DNA of 64,000 nucleotides, from contig CAVPYV010000001.1 of NCBI GenBank assembly GCA_963710105.1, forward strand, positions 1,039,032 to 1,103,031. The letters run 5' to 3'. Under the pieces are notes generated by a model that made no database searches, was not told the origin of the DNA, and saw only the letters and a list, made by a program, of their open reading frames with translations. Each line of letters opens with the position of its first letter. The stretch's first letter is position 1. The position numbers and the translations under genes are program-made. The DNA is from an uncultured Chloroflexia bacterium (lineage in GTDB: Bacteria; Chloroflexota; Limnocylindria; Limnocylindrales; CSP1-4). Positions 50,763-60,188 of this stretch are shown one piece after another.

Positions 50763-50770
50763 CGCTCGCG

Positions 50771-51928
50771 ATGGCATCGAGTGACCAGACGCGCCTCCTC
50801 CTCGTCGAGGACGTCCCGCAGGTGGCGCAGTACATCCGCGGGCTGCTGAACTCCCAGAGCTCGGTCAAGCTGCTCGACGTCCTGAGCGACGGCAGCAAGG
50901 TCCTCGCCCAGGTCCAGCAGCTCCGTCCGGACGTCGTCCTCGTCGACGCCCTGCTCCAGGGCCGGGTCAAGGGCCTGCCCCTCGCCGAGCAGATCGCCCA
51001 GGCCGGCTACGGCGTCCCGGTCATCGTCCTGACCGTCCCCCAGAACCCGGTCGAGATCGACGCGGCGAAGGGCGTCCACGGCGTCCTCGCGATGCCGTTC
51101 TCCGGGTTCGACCTGATGAACCGGATCAGCTCGGTCCGCAAGGAGTTCGCCCAGCTCTCGACGACCGGGTCGTCGCGGATCTACTCGGTCTTCGCCCCGA
51201 AGGGCGGCGTCGGCAAGACGACGATCGCGTTCAACCTGGCGGTCGCCCTCGGCCAGGCCGAGCAGCGGACCGTCCTGATCGACGGAAGCCTCCAGTTCGG
51301 TGACCTGCGGGCGCTCCTGCGGGTCCCCGTCGACGCCCCCTCGATCCTCGACCTGCCGACCGACCGAGTGGCCGAGTCCGACCTCCAGGACGTCCTCTGG
51401 CGGGACCCGTCGGGCATCGACATCCTCCTCGCCCCGCCGCGGGTCGAGATGGCCGAGATGGTCACCGCCCGCGACATCGACAAGATCCTGTCCCTCCTCC
51501 GGCGGGTCTACGGCGCGATCGTCATCGACATGTCGTCGGCGCTGAGCGACATCAACCTCTCGTTCCTCGACCTGTCGGACACGATCGTCGAGATCGTCAC
51601 CTACGACTCGACGACGATCCACAACACGATCGCGGTCGCCGACGCGTTCCGGATGATCGGCTATCCGGCGTCGAAGGTCCGCTACCTGATCAACCGCGCC
51701 GATTCGCCGGGCGGGATCGACGCGACCGACCTCGAGCGAGCCCTCGGCCGGGTGCCCGAGCACCGCGTCGTGAGCGACGGCCTCCTCGTCGTCCAGTCGA
51801 ACAACGAGGGCGTCCCGTTCGTCCTCGCCAACCCGTCCGCCGCGATCAGCCAGGACCTCCACCGGGTCGCCGCGGAGCTGCTCGCGGCGAGCGGGATCGC
51901 CCGACCGGCGGCGGCCGGCAGGCGTTAG
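50771..51928 (+). CDS. TadZ/CpaE-like protein: atypical receiver domain fused to a MinD/ParA-type ATPase
   Basis: The receiver-like N-domain has LLLVEDV, DVVLVDALL and VIVLT, but the conserved Lys is replaced (VLAMPF). The C-domain has the deviant Walker A FAPKGGVGKTT. No other tad/cpa genes are nearby. Confidence 0.7.
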   Translation: MASSDQTRLLLVEDVPQVAQYIRGLLNSQSSVKLLDVLSDGSKVLAQVQQLRPDVVLVDALLQGRVKGLPLAEQIAQAGYGVPVIVLTVPQNPVEIDAAKGVHGVLAMPFSGFDLMNRISSVRKEFAQLSTTGSSRIYSVFAPKGGVGKTTIAFNLAVALGQAEQRTVLIDGSLQFGDLRALLRVPVDAPSILDLPTDRVAESDLQDVLWRDPSGIDILLAPPRVEMAEMVTARDIDKILSLLRRVYGAIVIDMSSALSDINLSFLDLSDTIVEIVTYDSTTIHNTIAVADAFRMIGYPASKVRYLINRADSPGGIDATDLERALGRVPEHRVVSDGLLVVQSNNEGVPFVLANPSAAISQDLHRVAAELLAASGIARPAAAGRR

Positions 51929-51937
51929 GCGGGTCCG

Positions 51938-52858
51938 ATGTCCGACCCGCGCCCGATCGGCGTCTTCGACTCGGGGGTCGGCGGCCTGACCGTCCTCCGC
52001 GAGATCCTCCGCCGCTCGCCCCACGAATCGACGATCTACCTCGGCGACAACCTGCGCGCCCCGTACGGCGTCCGCCCCGACGACGAGGTCCGGGCGTTCT
52101 CGATCGAGGCCCTCGACGAGCTCGCGGCGCGGGACGTCAAGGCGATCGTCGTCGCCTGCAACACCTCGACCGCGGTCGCCCTCGGCGACTTCCGTAGGCG
52201 ATACGACCTGCCGATCCTCGGCGTCGTCCGGCCGGGGGCGGTGACGGCCTCGCTGACGACCCGCAACCGGCGGGTCGGCGTGATCGCCACCCCGGCCACG
52301 GTCCGCTCCCACGCCTACTTCAGCGCGATCAAGGACGAGAACCCCGCGGTCGAGGTCTACGAGCACGCCACCCCGGCGTTCGTGCCGCTCGTCGAGGCCG
52401 GCCGGACCGGCGGCCCCGAGGTCGAGGCGATCGTGGCCGAGTCCCTGGCGCCGCTGCTCGGCGAGCGCGACGCGGCCGGCGAGTTCGTCTTCCCGCTCCC
52501 CGCCTCGGCCCGGATCGACACGCTCCTCCTCGGCTGCACTCACTATCCGCTCCTCCGGCCGGTGATCGCCGCGATCGCGGGCGAGCGGGTGGCGATCGTC
52601 GACAGCGCCACGGCCACGGCATCCGCCCTCGTCGAGCTTCTGGCGATCAACGGCCTCGAGGCGCCCGGGACGACCCGCGGCACGGCGGCCGACGCCGGCG
52701 CCGATGGCCACGCCCGCCCCGACGAGACGGCCGTCGCGGCGAGCCACGTCCAGCTGACGACGGGCGACGTCGACGCCTTCCGGGTCGTCGCCGAGCGGAT
52801 CTTCGGGGAGGCATTCCCGGACATCGGCTCCGTCGAGGTCGCGGCGGTGGCCCGGTGA
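51938..52858 (+). CDS. murI: Glutamate racemase
   Basis: Motifs: IGVFDSGVGGLTVL, VVACNTSTA, LGCTHYPLL. Confidence 0.9.
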   Translation: MSDPRPIGVFDSGVGGLTVLREILRRSPHESTIYLGDNLRAPYGVRPDDEVRAFSIEALDELAARDVKAIVVACNTSTAVALGDFRRRYDLPILGVVRPGAVTASLTTRNRRVGVIATPATVRSHAYFSAIKDENPAVEVYEHATPAFVPLVEAGRTGGPEVEAIVAESLAPLLGERDAAGEFVFPLPASARIDTLLLGCTHYPLLRPVIAAIAGERVAIVDSATATASALVELLAINGLEAPGTTRGTAADAGADGHARPDETAVAASHVQLTTGDVDAFRVVAERIFGEAFPDIGSVEVAAVAR

Positions 52859-52874
52859 GCGAGGAGGCGATCCC

Positions 52875-54095
52875 GTGAGCGGCTCGCGGAACAAGGGATC
52901 GGGCTGGCGCGACGATCGGGTCTGGCAGGCGGGCTTCCTCGTCGGGTCGGCACTCGGGGCCGCGGCGACGGTCCTCGGCCGCCGGGCGGAGCGCGTCGCG
53001 CGCCAGGGTCTCGTCGACTGGCCGGCGGCGGAGCGGTACGCGGTCCAGCGCCTGCGGAGCGCCCCGGGGGCCCTGACGAGCGCGGAGCTGCAGGCGACCG
53101 AGGCCGCCTACGCCGCGGCGATGGAACGGATCGTGCCCCGCCTGTCGGCCGCCCTCGGGACGGAGCTGCCCGGGGTCGTCGAGCGGTCCGCCGTCGTCGA
53201 CCGCGCCGGCTGGGTCCACGCCAACATCGCGACGTTCGCCCAGCTGATCGGCCAGCTCGAGACCGAGCTCCTCGACCAGGTGATGCCTCACGGCGGCGGG
53301 CTGGCGAAGGCGACGATGGCGCTCGCCAACCGCTGGGTCACCACCCGCCAGCTCGGCTTCCTGCTCGGCTTCATGGGCTCGAAGGTCCTCGGCCAGTACG
53401 ATCTCGCCCTCCTCACCGCCGAGGCGACACCGGGCCGGCTCCTGTTCGTGGAGGAGAACATCCGGGCAACCGCCAAGTCGCTCGACGTCCCGCTCGATCC
53501 GTTCCGGACCTGGATCGCCCTCCACGAGACGACCCACGCGTTCGAGTTCGAGGCGCACCCCTGGCTGCGGCCCTACCTCGCCCAGCGCCTGGAGCGCCAG
53601 CTCAGGCTGTTCGGCAGGGAGGCGAGCGGCCTCGGCCGGGAGGCCCTGAAGAGCCTCGGCCGGGCGGTTCGCGGCGACGGCCCCGGCGTCGAGCACTGGA
53701 TGGAAGCGCTGATGACCGACGAGCAGCGGACGCTCTTCCGGGAGACCCAGGCCGTGATGAGCCTGCTCGAGGGCTTCAGCGACTACGTCATGGACGAGGT
53801 CGGCAAGGACCTGGTGCCCGACGTCGAGCGGATCAGCCGCAGGTTCCACGACCGTCGCAACGCCCGCCGGTCCCCGTTCGAGCGGGCGATCATGCGCCTG
53901 ACCGGGATGGACGTGAAGATGGAGCAGTACGCCAAGGGCGAGGCGTTCGTCTCGGCGATCGCGGCGGGCGGCGGAACGGCCGCCCTGAACCGCCTCTGGT
54001 CCGGCCCGGACATGCTGCCGCGCCATGGCGAGATCGAGAACCCGTCGGCCTGGATCGCCCGGACCGCCGGCTCCGCCGACGCGGCCGCCCGGTGA
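52875..54095 (+). CDS. DUF2342-family zinc metalloprotease-like protein (HExxH)
   Basis: The GTG at 52875 lies 7 nt after GAGGAGG. The region WIALHETTHAFEFEAHPWLRPYL carries the HExxH motif. The overall pattern matches the actinobacterial F420-associated hydrolase family as I remember it. Confidence 0.7.
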   Translation: MSGSRNKGSGWRDDRVWQAGFLVGSALGAAATVLGRRAERVARQGLVDWPAAERYAVQRLRSAPGALTSAELQATEAAYAAAMERIVPRLSAALGTELPGVVERSAVVDRAGWVHANIATFAQLIGQLETELLDQVMPHGGGLAKATMALANRWVTTRQLGFLLGFMGSKVLGQYDLALLTAEATPGRLLFVEENIRATAKSLDVPLDPFRTWIALHETTHAFEFEAHPWLRPYLAQRLERQLRLFGREASGLGREALKSLGRAVRGDGPGVEHWMEALMTDEQRTLFRETQAVMSLLEGFSDYVMDEVGKDLVPDVERISRRFHDRRNARRSPFERAIMRLTGMDVKMEQYAKGEAFVSAIAAGGGTAALNRLWSGPDMLPRHGEIENPSAWIARTAGSADAAAR

Positions 54096-55159
54096 CGGAC
54101 GAGCGACCGCCCCGGACCGCCGGGCCGGGCTCCGGGCCCGGCGGGGTGCCGACCGCGATCGCCCTGTCGCCGATCCTGTCCGCCCGCTACCGATCGCGCG
54201 ACCTCGAGCGGATCCAGGCGGCCGCGCCCGGATCCCGGATCGTGACTCTGTCGCGCGAGGGGCTGACCGACGAGCCCGTCGAGGACGTCGAGGTCCTCCT
54301 CCGCGGCTGGCTGTCGTCGGACGCGTTCGACCGCCTCCTGGCGCGCGCGCCACGGCTGCGCTACGTCCATTCCGCTTCGGCCGGCGTCGAGCGCGCGCTG
54401 ACGGACGCGGCCCGCGAGCGCGGGATCCTGATCACGAACGCCCGCGGCGTGTTCTCGCGGCCGATCGCCGAGTACGTCCTGATGATGATCCTGGCCGTGA
54501 GCCGCCGCCTGCCGGGGCTCCTCGAGCTCCAGCGCGAGCGGACGTGGCAGCCGCTGGAGGGCGTCGAGCTGCGCGACGTGACGGTCGGGATCGTCGGGCT
54601 CGGGTCGATCGGACGGGCGGTCGGCGCGCTGGCGACCGCGTTCGGCTGCCGGGTCGTCGCCGTTCGGCGGCGGTCGGAGGCGGGGAGCGCGGCGACGGCC
54701 GACGACGAGGACACGCGATCGCTCGGAGAGGTGATGCTCGAGCGGGTCGGCGGGCCGGAATCGCTCCCGGAGCTCCTCGCCGAGTCCGACTTCGTCGTCC
54801 TCGCCGCGCCCCTGACGCCGGAGACGGAGAACATGATCGACGCGGCGGCGCTGGCGGTGATGAAGCCGACGGCGTGGCTGATCAACATCGCTCGCGGTCG
54901 GCTCGTGGACGAGCGGGCGCTCATCGACGCCCTGCGCGACGGCCGGATCGGCGGGGCGATCCTCGACACCTTCCGCGAGGAGCCGCTCCCGCCGACGTCC
55001 GCGTTCTACGACCTCGGGAACGTGATCGTCACGCCCCACACGTCGTGGTCGAGCGGGCGGGTCCTCGACCGGAGCGTCGAGCTGTTCTGCGACAACCTCC
55101 GGCGCTACGCCGCGGGGGAGCCGCTGCTCAACGTGGTGGACCCGGCCGCCGGCTACTGA
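54092..55159 (+). CDS. D-isomer-specific 2-hydroxyacid dehydrogenase family protein
   Basis: The GTG overlaps the preceding stop. Motifs: VGIVGLGSIGRAVG, LINIARGRLVDE, VTPHTS. Confidence 0.85.
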   Translation: MTDERPPRTAGPGSGPGGVPTAIALSPILSARYRSRDLERIQAAAPGSRIVTLSREGLTDEPVEDVEVLLRGWLSSDAFDRLLARAPRLRYVHSASAGVERALTDAARERGILITNARGVFSRPIAEYVLMMILAVSRRLPGLLELQRERTWQPLEGVELRDVTVGIVGLGSIGRAVGALATAFGCRVVAVRRRSEAGSAATADDEDTRSLGEVMLERVGGPESLPELLAESDFVVLAAPLTPETENMIDAAALAVMKPTAWLINIARGRLVDERALIDALRDGRIGGAILDTFREEPLPPTSAFYDLGNVIVTPHTSWSSGRVLDRSVELFCDNLRRYAAGEPLLNVVDPAAGY

Positions 55160-55412
55160 GACCGGCCGGGCGACCGGCGAGGCGCGTCGCACGGCGGCCG
55201 CGCACGCCCGATGTGCATCTCGGACCACGGCAGCCGGCGAACGACTGGATCGGGTTCCGAGCGGTCGTCGCTGCACGCTCGGGGAGCGCGGCCGGGCGAA
55301 TTGGGACATCGCAGGGCGCGGCGGATGTCTGGCACGTCGCATGTGCACGTCCCGTGGGCACAGCCGGATCCGGGTGCGCTGCTGGGCCCGCCGGGCGATC
55401 GGCGATCCCGGA

Positions 55413-55418
55413 TAGCAT
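55413..55418 (+). promoter_or_regulatory. -10 box TAGCAT ending 6 nt before the ychF ATG (leaderless-type)
   Basis: The sequence reads gaTAGCATcgcaccATG. TAGCAT is at 55413-55418 and the ATG at 55425. No SD. Confidence 0.45.
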
Positions 55419-55424
55419 CGCACC

Positions 55425-56528
55425 ATGCAGATCGCCATCGTCGGTCTCGCCGGATCGGGCAAGACGACCGTCTTCAACACGCTCACCCGGGGCCACGCCG
55501 AGACCGGCGGGTTCGGCGGCATGGAGCTCCACGTCGGGGTCGTCAAGGTGCCGGACGAGCGCCTCGACAAGCTCGCCGCGATCTTCAAGCCGAAGAAGGT
55601 CATCCAGGCCGACGTCACCTACGTGGACCTGCCGGCCCCGCCCGCCTCGTCGGAGGGCCACGTCGGGACGGAGGACCTCCCGGCCGAGCACCTCGCCCGC
55701 CTTCGCGATTCGGACGCGCTGCTCCACGTCGTCCGCGCGTTCGAGGACCCGAACCATCCCCATCCGGAGGGCTCCGTCGATCCGGCCCGCGACCTCGAGC
55801 GCCTCGACACCGAGTTCATCCTCGCCGACCTCGCCCTCGTCGAGCGCCGCCTCGAGCGCCTGAAGCAGAGCGGTCGTCACGGCACGCCGGCCGAGCGGGA
55901 GTCGAACGAGCGCGAGGAGGCGGTGATCGTCCGGCTGAAGGCCGGGCTCGAGGCCGGCTCGCCGATCCGCGACCTGCCCCTCGACCCCGACGAGGAGAAG
56001 GCGATCCGCGGTTTCCGCTTCCTCACCCAGAAGCCGGTCCTCGTCCTCCTGAACATCGGCGAGGGCGACATCGCCGGGGCAGGGGAGCGGGTCGCGGCCC
56101 TGGCCGCCGCCTACGACCATCGGAACGCGATCGTCGACGCCCTGTCGGCCCGGATCGAGATGGAGCTCGGCGAGCTCGAGCCGGACGAGGCGGCGGTCTT
56201 CATGGAGGAGCTCGGGATCGCCGAGTCCGGGCTCGACCGGGTCATCGAGCTGAGCTACCGCCTGCTCGGGCTGATCTCGTTCCTGACCGCCGGCCCCGAC
56301 GAGGTCCGGGCCTGGCCGATCCGGGACGGCTCGACCGCGGTCGAGGCCGCCGGAGCCATCCACACCGATCTCGCCCGCGGCTTCATCCGGGCCGAGACCG
56401 TGGCCTACGAGGACCTCCTCGCGCTGGGCTCGATGGCCGAGGCCCGCAAGCACGGCAGGCTCCGCTCGGAGGGCAAGACGTACCGCGTCCAGGACGGCGA
56501 CGTCGTGGAGATCCTCTTCAGCAAGTAG
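55425..56528 (+). CDS. ychF: YchF/OLA1-type Obg-family GTPase/ATPase
   Basis: It has MQIAIVGLAGSGKTT, a central coiled insertion and a C-terminal TGS-like region (GFIRAETVAYEDL...GKTYRVQDGDVVEILF). Confidence 0.85.
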   Translation: MQIAIVGLAGSGKTTVFNTLTRGHAETGGFGGMELHVGVVKVPDERLDKLAAIFKPKKVIQADVTYVDLPAPPASSEGHVGTEDLPAEHLARLRDSDALLHVVRAFEDPNHPHPEGSVDPARDLERLDTEFILADLALVERRLERLKQSGRHGTPAERESNEREEAVIVRLKAGLEAGSPIRDLPLDPDEEKAIRGFRFLTQKPVLVLLNIGEGDIAGAGERVAALAAAYDHRNAIVDALSARIEMELGELEPDEAAVFMEELGIAESGLDRVIELSYRLLGLISFLTAGPDEVRAWPIRDGSTAVEAAGAIHTDLARGFIRAETVAYEDLLALGSMAEARKHGRLRSEGKTYRVQDGDVVEILFSK

Positions 56529-56591
56529 CGCCGTCGGGTCGGATCGGCGCGGCCGCCGGCGGGACGGCCGTCGCGAACGACAGGCTCGCGC

Positions 56592-56975
56592 TCAGCTGTT
56601 GCGCTCGTCCTCGCCGCGGACCGCCTCGCCCGTCGGGTCGAACTCGGCGACGACGGCCCGGTAGTCCGCCCCGCGCTCGTCCTCGGCGGCCTCCTCCTCG
56701 GTGTCGATCGCCACGAGGAAGTTCTCCTCATCGATCGTCGAGACGTTCACCGCCGCCGTCAGGCGATCGTCCGAGACGAAGACGAAGCCGTGCTCGCGCT
56801 GGAGCTCGGCGGCGATCGCCTCGATCAGCGTATCGTCCACGTAGGTGTCCTGGACCTGGTGACGGACGGCCTCGACCAGCTCGAAGAACTCGTCGGGGTC
56901 CATCTCTTCGTCGCGGACGAGCAGGACGTCGGAGAAGACGTCCTCGTCGCCCTCGTGGAGTTCGTAGAAGTACAC
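56592..56975 (-). CDS. Highly acidic small protein (127 aa), function unknown
   Basis: GC3 is near saturation from the GTG at 56975 (GAGG lies 5 nt upstream). By my count, 39 of 127 residues are Asp/Glu, 8 are Arg and none are Lys. The alternative GTG at 57023 adds 16 poorly coding-like codons. Confidence 0.5.
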   Translation of the reverse strand: MYFYELHEGDEDVFSDVLLVRDEEMDPDEFFELVEAVRHQVQDTYVDDTLIEAIAAELQREHGFVFVSDDRLTAAVNVSTIDEENFLVAIDTEEEAAEDERGADYRAVVAEFDPTGEAVRGEDERNS

Positions 56976-57032
56976 GCCGGCCTCGGTCGGAAGGGGATGG
57001 GAGTTGGGCGGCCAGTATCGCACGCGTCCCGG

Positions 57033-58025
57033 ATGGCCCGGGGCGGCGGCACGGTGACCGACGCGCCCGGGCCGGCCGCCATGGCCGATCGCCCCCCGAC
57101 CGTCGTCGTCGTCGGCGCGGCGTCGCGCGACCTCGCCGAGGACGACCCGCGCGGCTGGCGGCTCGGCGGCGGCGTCTCGTACAGCGCCCTGACGACCGCC
57201 CGTCTCGGCCTGCCGACGGCGGCGATCGTCGGCGTCGACGCCGAGGCCGCGTCCGCGTCCGAGCTCGACCTCCTCCGCGAGGCCGGGGTCGACGTCCACC
57301 TCGTCCCCCTCGCCCACGGACCCGTGTTCGTGAACATCGAGCGGCCGGAGGGCCGTCTCCAGCTGTGCGGCGACCATTCCGACCCGGTCCCGGTCGACGC
57401 GGTCCCGCCGGCCTGGCGGGCGGCGCCCGGCTGGATCCTCGCGCCGGTGGCGGCCGAGCTGCCCCCGGCCTGGGCCGACGTCCCGGCGGCGGACGCCCTG
57501 GTGGCGGTCGGCTGGCAGGGCCTCCTCCGCGAGCTCGAGGCCGGCCAGCCGGTCCGCCACGTCGCGCCGCGTCCGGATCCGATCGTCCGCCGCGCCGACC
57601 TCGTCGGGCTCTCCCGGGACGACGTCGACCGGGCGATCGCCCTGGCCGATCTCTACGGCCTGCTCCGGCGCGGCGCATCGCTCGCGGTGACGCAGGGCGA
57701 CCACGGCGGGCTGATCGTCCATGGCGCTCACGGCGACCACGACGCCGCCCTCGAGCTGCGCCACTATCCGGCGGTCCCCAGCCACGCGGCGGTCGACCCG
57801 ACGGGCGCCGGCGACGTGTTCCTCGCGGCCCTGGCCGCGGCCCGGATCGAGCCGCGCCTCGTCGGCGGCCGGATCGGCCAGGGCTTCGACCTGCTCCTCG
57901 CCGCCTCGGCCGCGTCGCTGGTCCTCGAGGGGCCGGGCATGTTGGGCGTGCCGCTCCGCGAGGCGGTCCGGCAGCGGATGGCGGAGGCGGCCCAGCGGCG
58001 TGCCGCGGCCCGCCGCGGCGGCTGA
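57033..58025 (+). CDS. PfkB-family carbohydrate/ribokinase-like kinase; start at 57033 or 57081
   Basis: Motifs: VVVVGAASRDL and the C-terminal DPTGAGDVFLAAL. All 16 codons between the ATGs at 57033 and 57081 have G/C in the third position, so I prefer the longer form. Confidence 0.7.
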   Translation: MARGGGTVTDAPGPAAMADRPPTVVVVGAASRDLAEDDPRGWRLGGGVSYSALTTARLGLPTAAIVGVDAEAASASELDLLREAGVDVHLVPLAHGPVFVNIERPEGRLQLCGDHSDPVPVDAVPPAWRAAPGWILAPVAAELPPAWADVPAADALVAVGWQGLLRELEAGQPVRHVAPRPDPIVRRADLVGLSRDDVDRAIALADLYGLLRRGASLAVTQGDHGGLIVHGAHGDHDAALELRHYPAVPSHAAVDPTGAGDVFLAALAAARIEPRLVGGRIGQGFDLLLAASAASLVLEGPGMLGVPLREAVRQRMAEAAQRRAAARRGG

Positions 58026-58079
58026 CCGCCCGTCGGGGCTCCCGGGTGGCTCCGCCGCCGCCGGCGGTCGGTCGAGCGG

Positions 58080-58101
58080 CCCGTCAGGCGCCCGTCAGGC
58101 G
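58080..58101. repeat. Tandem 11-mer cccgtcaggcg x2 spanning the lacI-family stop codon
   Basis: Copies at 58080-58090 and 58091-58101 are identical. The functional stop (tca at 58095-58097, minus strand) lies in copy 2. Confidence 0.8.
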
Positions 58102-59135
58102 CCGAGCCGTGGTCCGGTCGACTCGCGGACCTCGAGGTGGACGGGCACGATCCGCTGCTCGGCGCGCGGCCGGTGGTCGCGCTCGGCGCTGCCGGCGCGG
58201 ATCCCGGCGGTCAGGGTGGCGACGGCCCAGCGGCCCATCTCGGCGGTCTCCTGGCGGAGCGTGGTCAGGGCCGGCTCGGCGTACGCGGCGAACGCGACGT
58301 CGTCGAACCCGACGAGGCTCACGTCGGCCGGGACCGCCAGGCCACGGCGGCGGATCGCGCGCATCGCCCCGATCGCCATCAAGTCGTTGTAGGCGACGAC
58401 GGCCGTCGGCCGCGGCGCGCGGTCGAGCAGGGCAGCCATCGCCGCCTCGCCGCCGGTCACGGTCGGCTCGCCGCCGTCGATCGCGAGCGCCGAGGCGTCG
58501 CCGTCGACGGCCAGCCCGGCCGCGGCGAGGACGTCGCGCACGCCGGCGAGCCGCTCGGCGGCGTCGGGGTTGCGCGGCGGCGGCATCAGGTAGCCGAACT
58601 GCCGATGGCCGAGATCGAGGAGGTGTCGCGCGGCGGCCGCCCCGCCGGCCCGGTTGTCCGACACGATCGTCGGGATCCGGTCATCCGGCGCGGTCGTGTT
58701 GATCAGGACGACCGGCAGCGGCGCGGTCTCGAGCCAGGCGCCCTGGCGGTCGCCGAGCCGGCTCGCCGCGATGATCAGCCCGTCGACCCGGCGCTCGACG
58801 AGCAGGTCGAGGTACGACGCCTCGCGCTCGGGATCGTCGTCGGCGTTGCACAGGAGGATCGCGTAGCCGTCGCCGATCGCGGCGTCCTCGACGGCCCGGA
58901 CGAGCTGCGGGAAGTAGGGGTTCTCGATATCGGTCACGATCAGGCCGAGGGTCAGCGTCGAGCGCCGCTTCAGCGAGCGGGCCACGTCCGACGGGCGGAA
59001 GCCGAGCTCGCGGGCGGCCGCCTCGACCCGGGCGTGGGTCGTCGGGCTGGCTCGTCCGACGCCGGACAGGACGCGGCTGACGGTGGCGGTCGACACGCCG
59101 GCGCGACGAGCCACGTCGGCGATCGTTGTCGGCAT
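58095..59135 (-). CDS. LacI-family transcriptional regulator
   Basis: The N-terminal HTH is TIADVARRAGVSTATVSRVLSG, followed by a periplasmic-binding-protein-like sugar-binding core. Confidence 0.9.
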   Translation of the reverse strand: MPTTIADVARRAGVSTATVSRVLSGVGRASPTTHARVEAAARELGFRPSDVARSLKRRSTLTLGLIVTDIENPYFPQLVRAVEDAAIGDGYAILLCNADDDPEREASYLDLLVERRVDGLIIAASRLGDRQGAWLETAPLPVVLINTTAPDDRIPTIVSDNRAGGAAAARHLLDLGHRQFGYLMPPPRNPDAAERLAGVRDVLAAAGLAVDGDASALAIDGGEPTVTGGEAAMAALLDRAPRPTAVVAYNDLMAIGAMRAIRRRGLAVPADVSLVGFDDVAFAAYAEPALTTLRQETAEMGRWAVATLTAGIRAGSAERDHRPRAEQRIVPVHLEVRESTGPRLGA

Positions 59136-59186
59136 CTGCGCTCCGTTCGCCTCCTCTTGCCGGCCGGGCTCGTCGCGATCCGGGCG

Positions 59187-60188
59187 TCAGTCGCCCGACG
59201 ACTCGACCGCGTCGCCGAGGGGGCCGTCCGGCGATGTCGGGGTGACGGCGGCGGGGTGGGCCGCGGCCTCGACGGTTCCCTCGTCCGCGCCCATCAGGTC
59301 GTCGAGCTCGCGGGCGAGCTCGGTCAGCTCGTCACCGCCGCCCATCAGCCGGAGGAGCTCGTCCTGGCCGACCTGGCCGCGGGTGAACTCGCCGGCCAGC
59401 CGGCCGTGGGACAGGATCGTGAAGCGGTCGCCGACCGGCAGGGCGTGCTGGACGTTGTGGGTGATGAAGATCACGCCGAGGCCCTTCGCCCGGGCCCGGA
59501 TGACGTGGCGGAGGACGATCGCGGCCTCCTTCACGCCGAGCGCCGAGGTCGGCTCGTCGAGGATCAGGACGCGGGCGCCGAAGTACTCGGCCCGGGCGAT
59601 CGCCAGGGTCTGGCGCTCGCCGCCCGACAGCGTCCCGACGAGCTGCGACGGGTCGCGGACCTGGATCCCGATCTCGAGCATCTGCTCGGTCGCGATCCGG
59701 CCGGCCCGGCCGACGTCGAAGCGCCGGAAGGGGCCCCAGCCGGTCGTCGGCTCCGAGCCGACGAAGAAGTTCCGGCTGACGCTCATGAGGGGCAGGACCG
59801 CCAGATCCTGGTAGACGGTGGCGATCCCCCGGTCGAGGGCGTTCCGGGGTGAGTCGAGGACGACCGGGGCGCCGTCCATGAGGAGCGTCCCCGAGTCGGG
59901 CCGGTGAACGCCCGACAGGATCTTGATCAGGGTCGACTTGCCGGCGCCGTTGTCGCCGAGGAGGCAGTTCACCTCGCCCGGCCGGACCGAGAGCGAGACG
60001 TGCTCGAGGGCGATGACCCGGCCGAAGTACTTCGACATGTCGCGGGCCTCGAGGACCGGCACGCGGTCGTCCGCGATCGGGCGCGCCTCGCGGGCGCCGA
60101 GCGCCGCGATCCGGGCCGCGGTCTCGGCCGGGAACGTCAGGTTGGCATCGTCATGGGGCATGCTGAAGCGGTCGTCGATCGGGCTCAT
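59187..60188 (-). CDS. Sugar ABC transporter ATP-binding protein (single NBD with N- and acidic C-terminal extensions)
   Basis: The ATG at 60188 overlaps the permease stop (ATGA). Motifs: [27 protein letters not shown]. Confidence 0.9.
   Translation of the reverse strand: MSPIDDRFSMPHDDANLTFPAETAARIAALGAREARPIADDRVPVLEARDMSKYFGRVIALEHVSLSVRPGEVNCLLGDNGAGKSTLIKILSGVHRPDSGTLLMDGAPVVLDSPRNALDRGIATVYQDLAVLPLMSVSRNFFVGSEPTTGWGPFRRFDVGRAGRIATEQMLEIGIQVRDPSQLVGTLSGGERQTLAIARAEYFGARVLILDEPTSALGVKEAAIVLRHVIRARAKGLGVIFITHNVQHALPVGDRFTILSHGRLAGEFTRGQVGQDELLRLMGGGDELTELARELDDLMGADEGTVEAAAHPAAVTPTSPDGPLGDAVESSGD

Noticed and set aside
50717-50770. Longer N-terminus (MGLPGRMPGPNGLVHSLA) for the TadZ-like protein, as given by the track
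   Set aside because: Codons in this stretch have poor GC3 (GGA, CTT, GGT, GTA), and an extended -10 box sits inside it, 8 nt before the ATG at 50771.
49484-52894. 1136-aa minus-strand ORF, and similar giants at 42158-45187, 55211-58702, 52647-54353 and 35788-38868
   Set aside because: Same reasoning: they have R/P/G/A/D-rich composition, no recognisable motifs, and each lies opposite well-supported genes (ureohydrolase, methyltransferase, TadZ-like, murI; helicase; ychF, pfkB; DUF2342; SDR, FAH, LarA-like).
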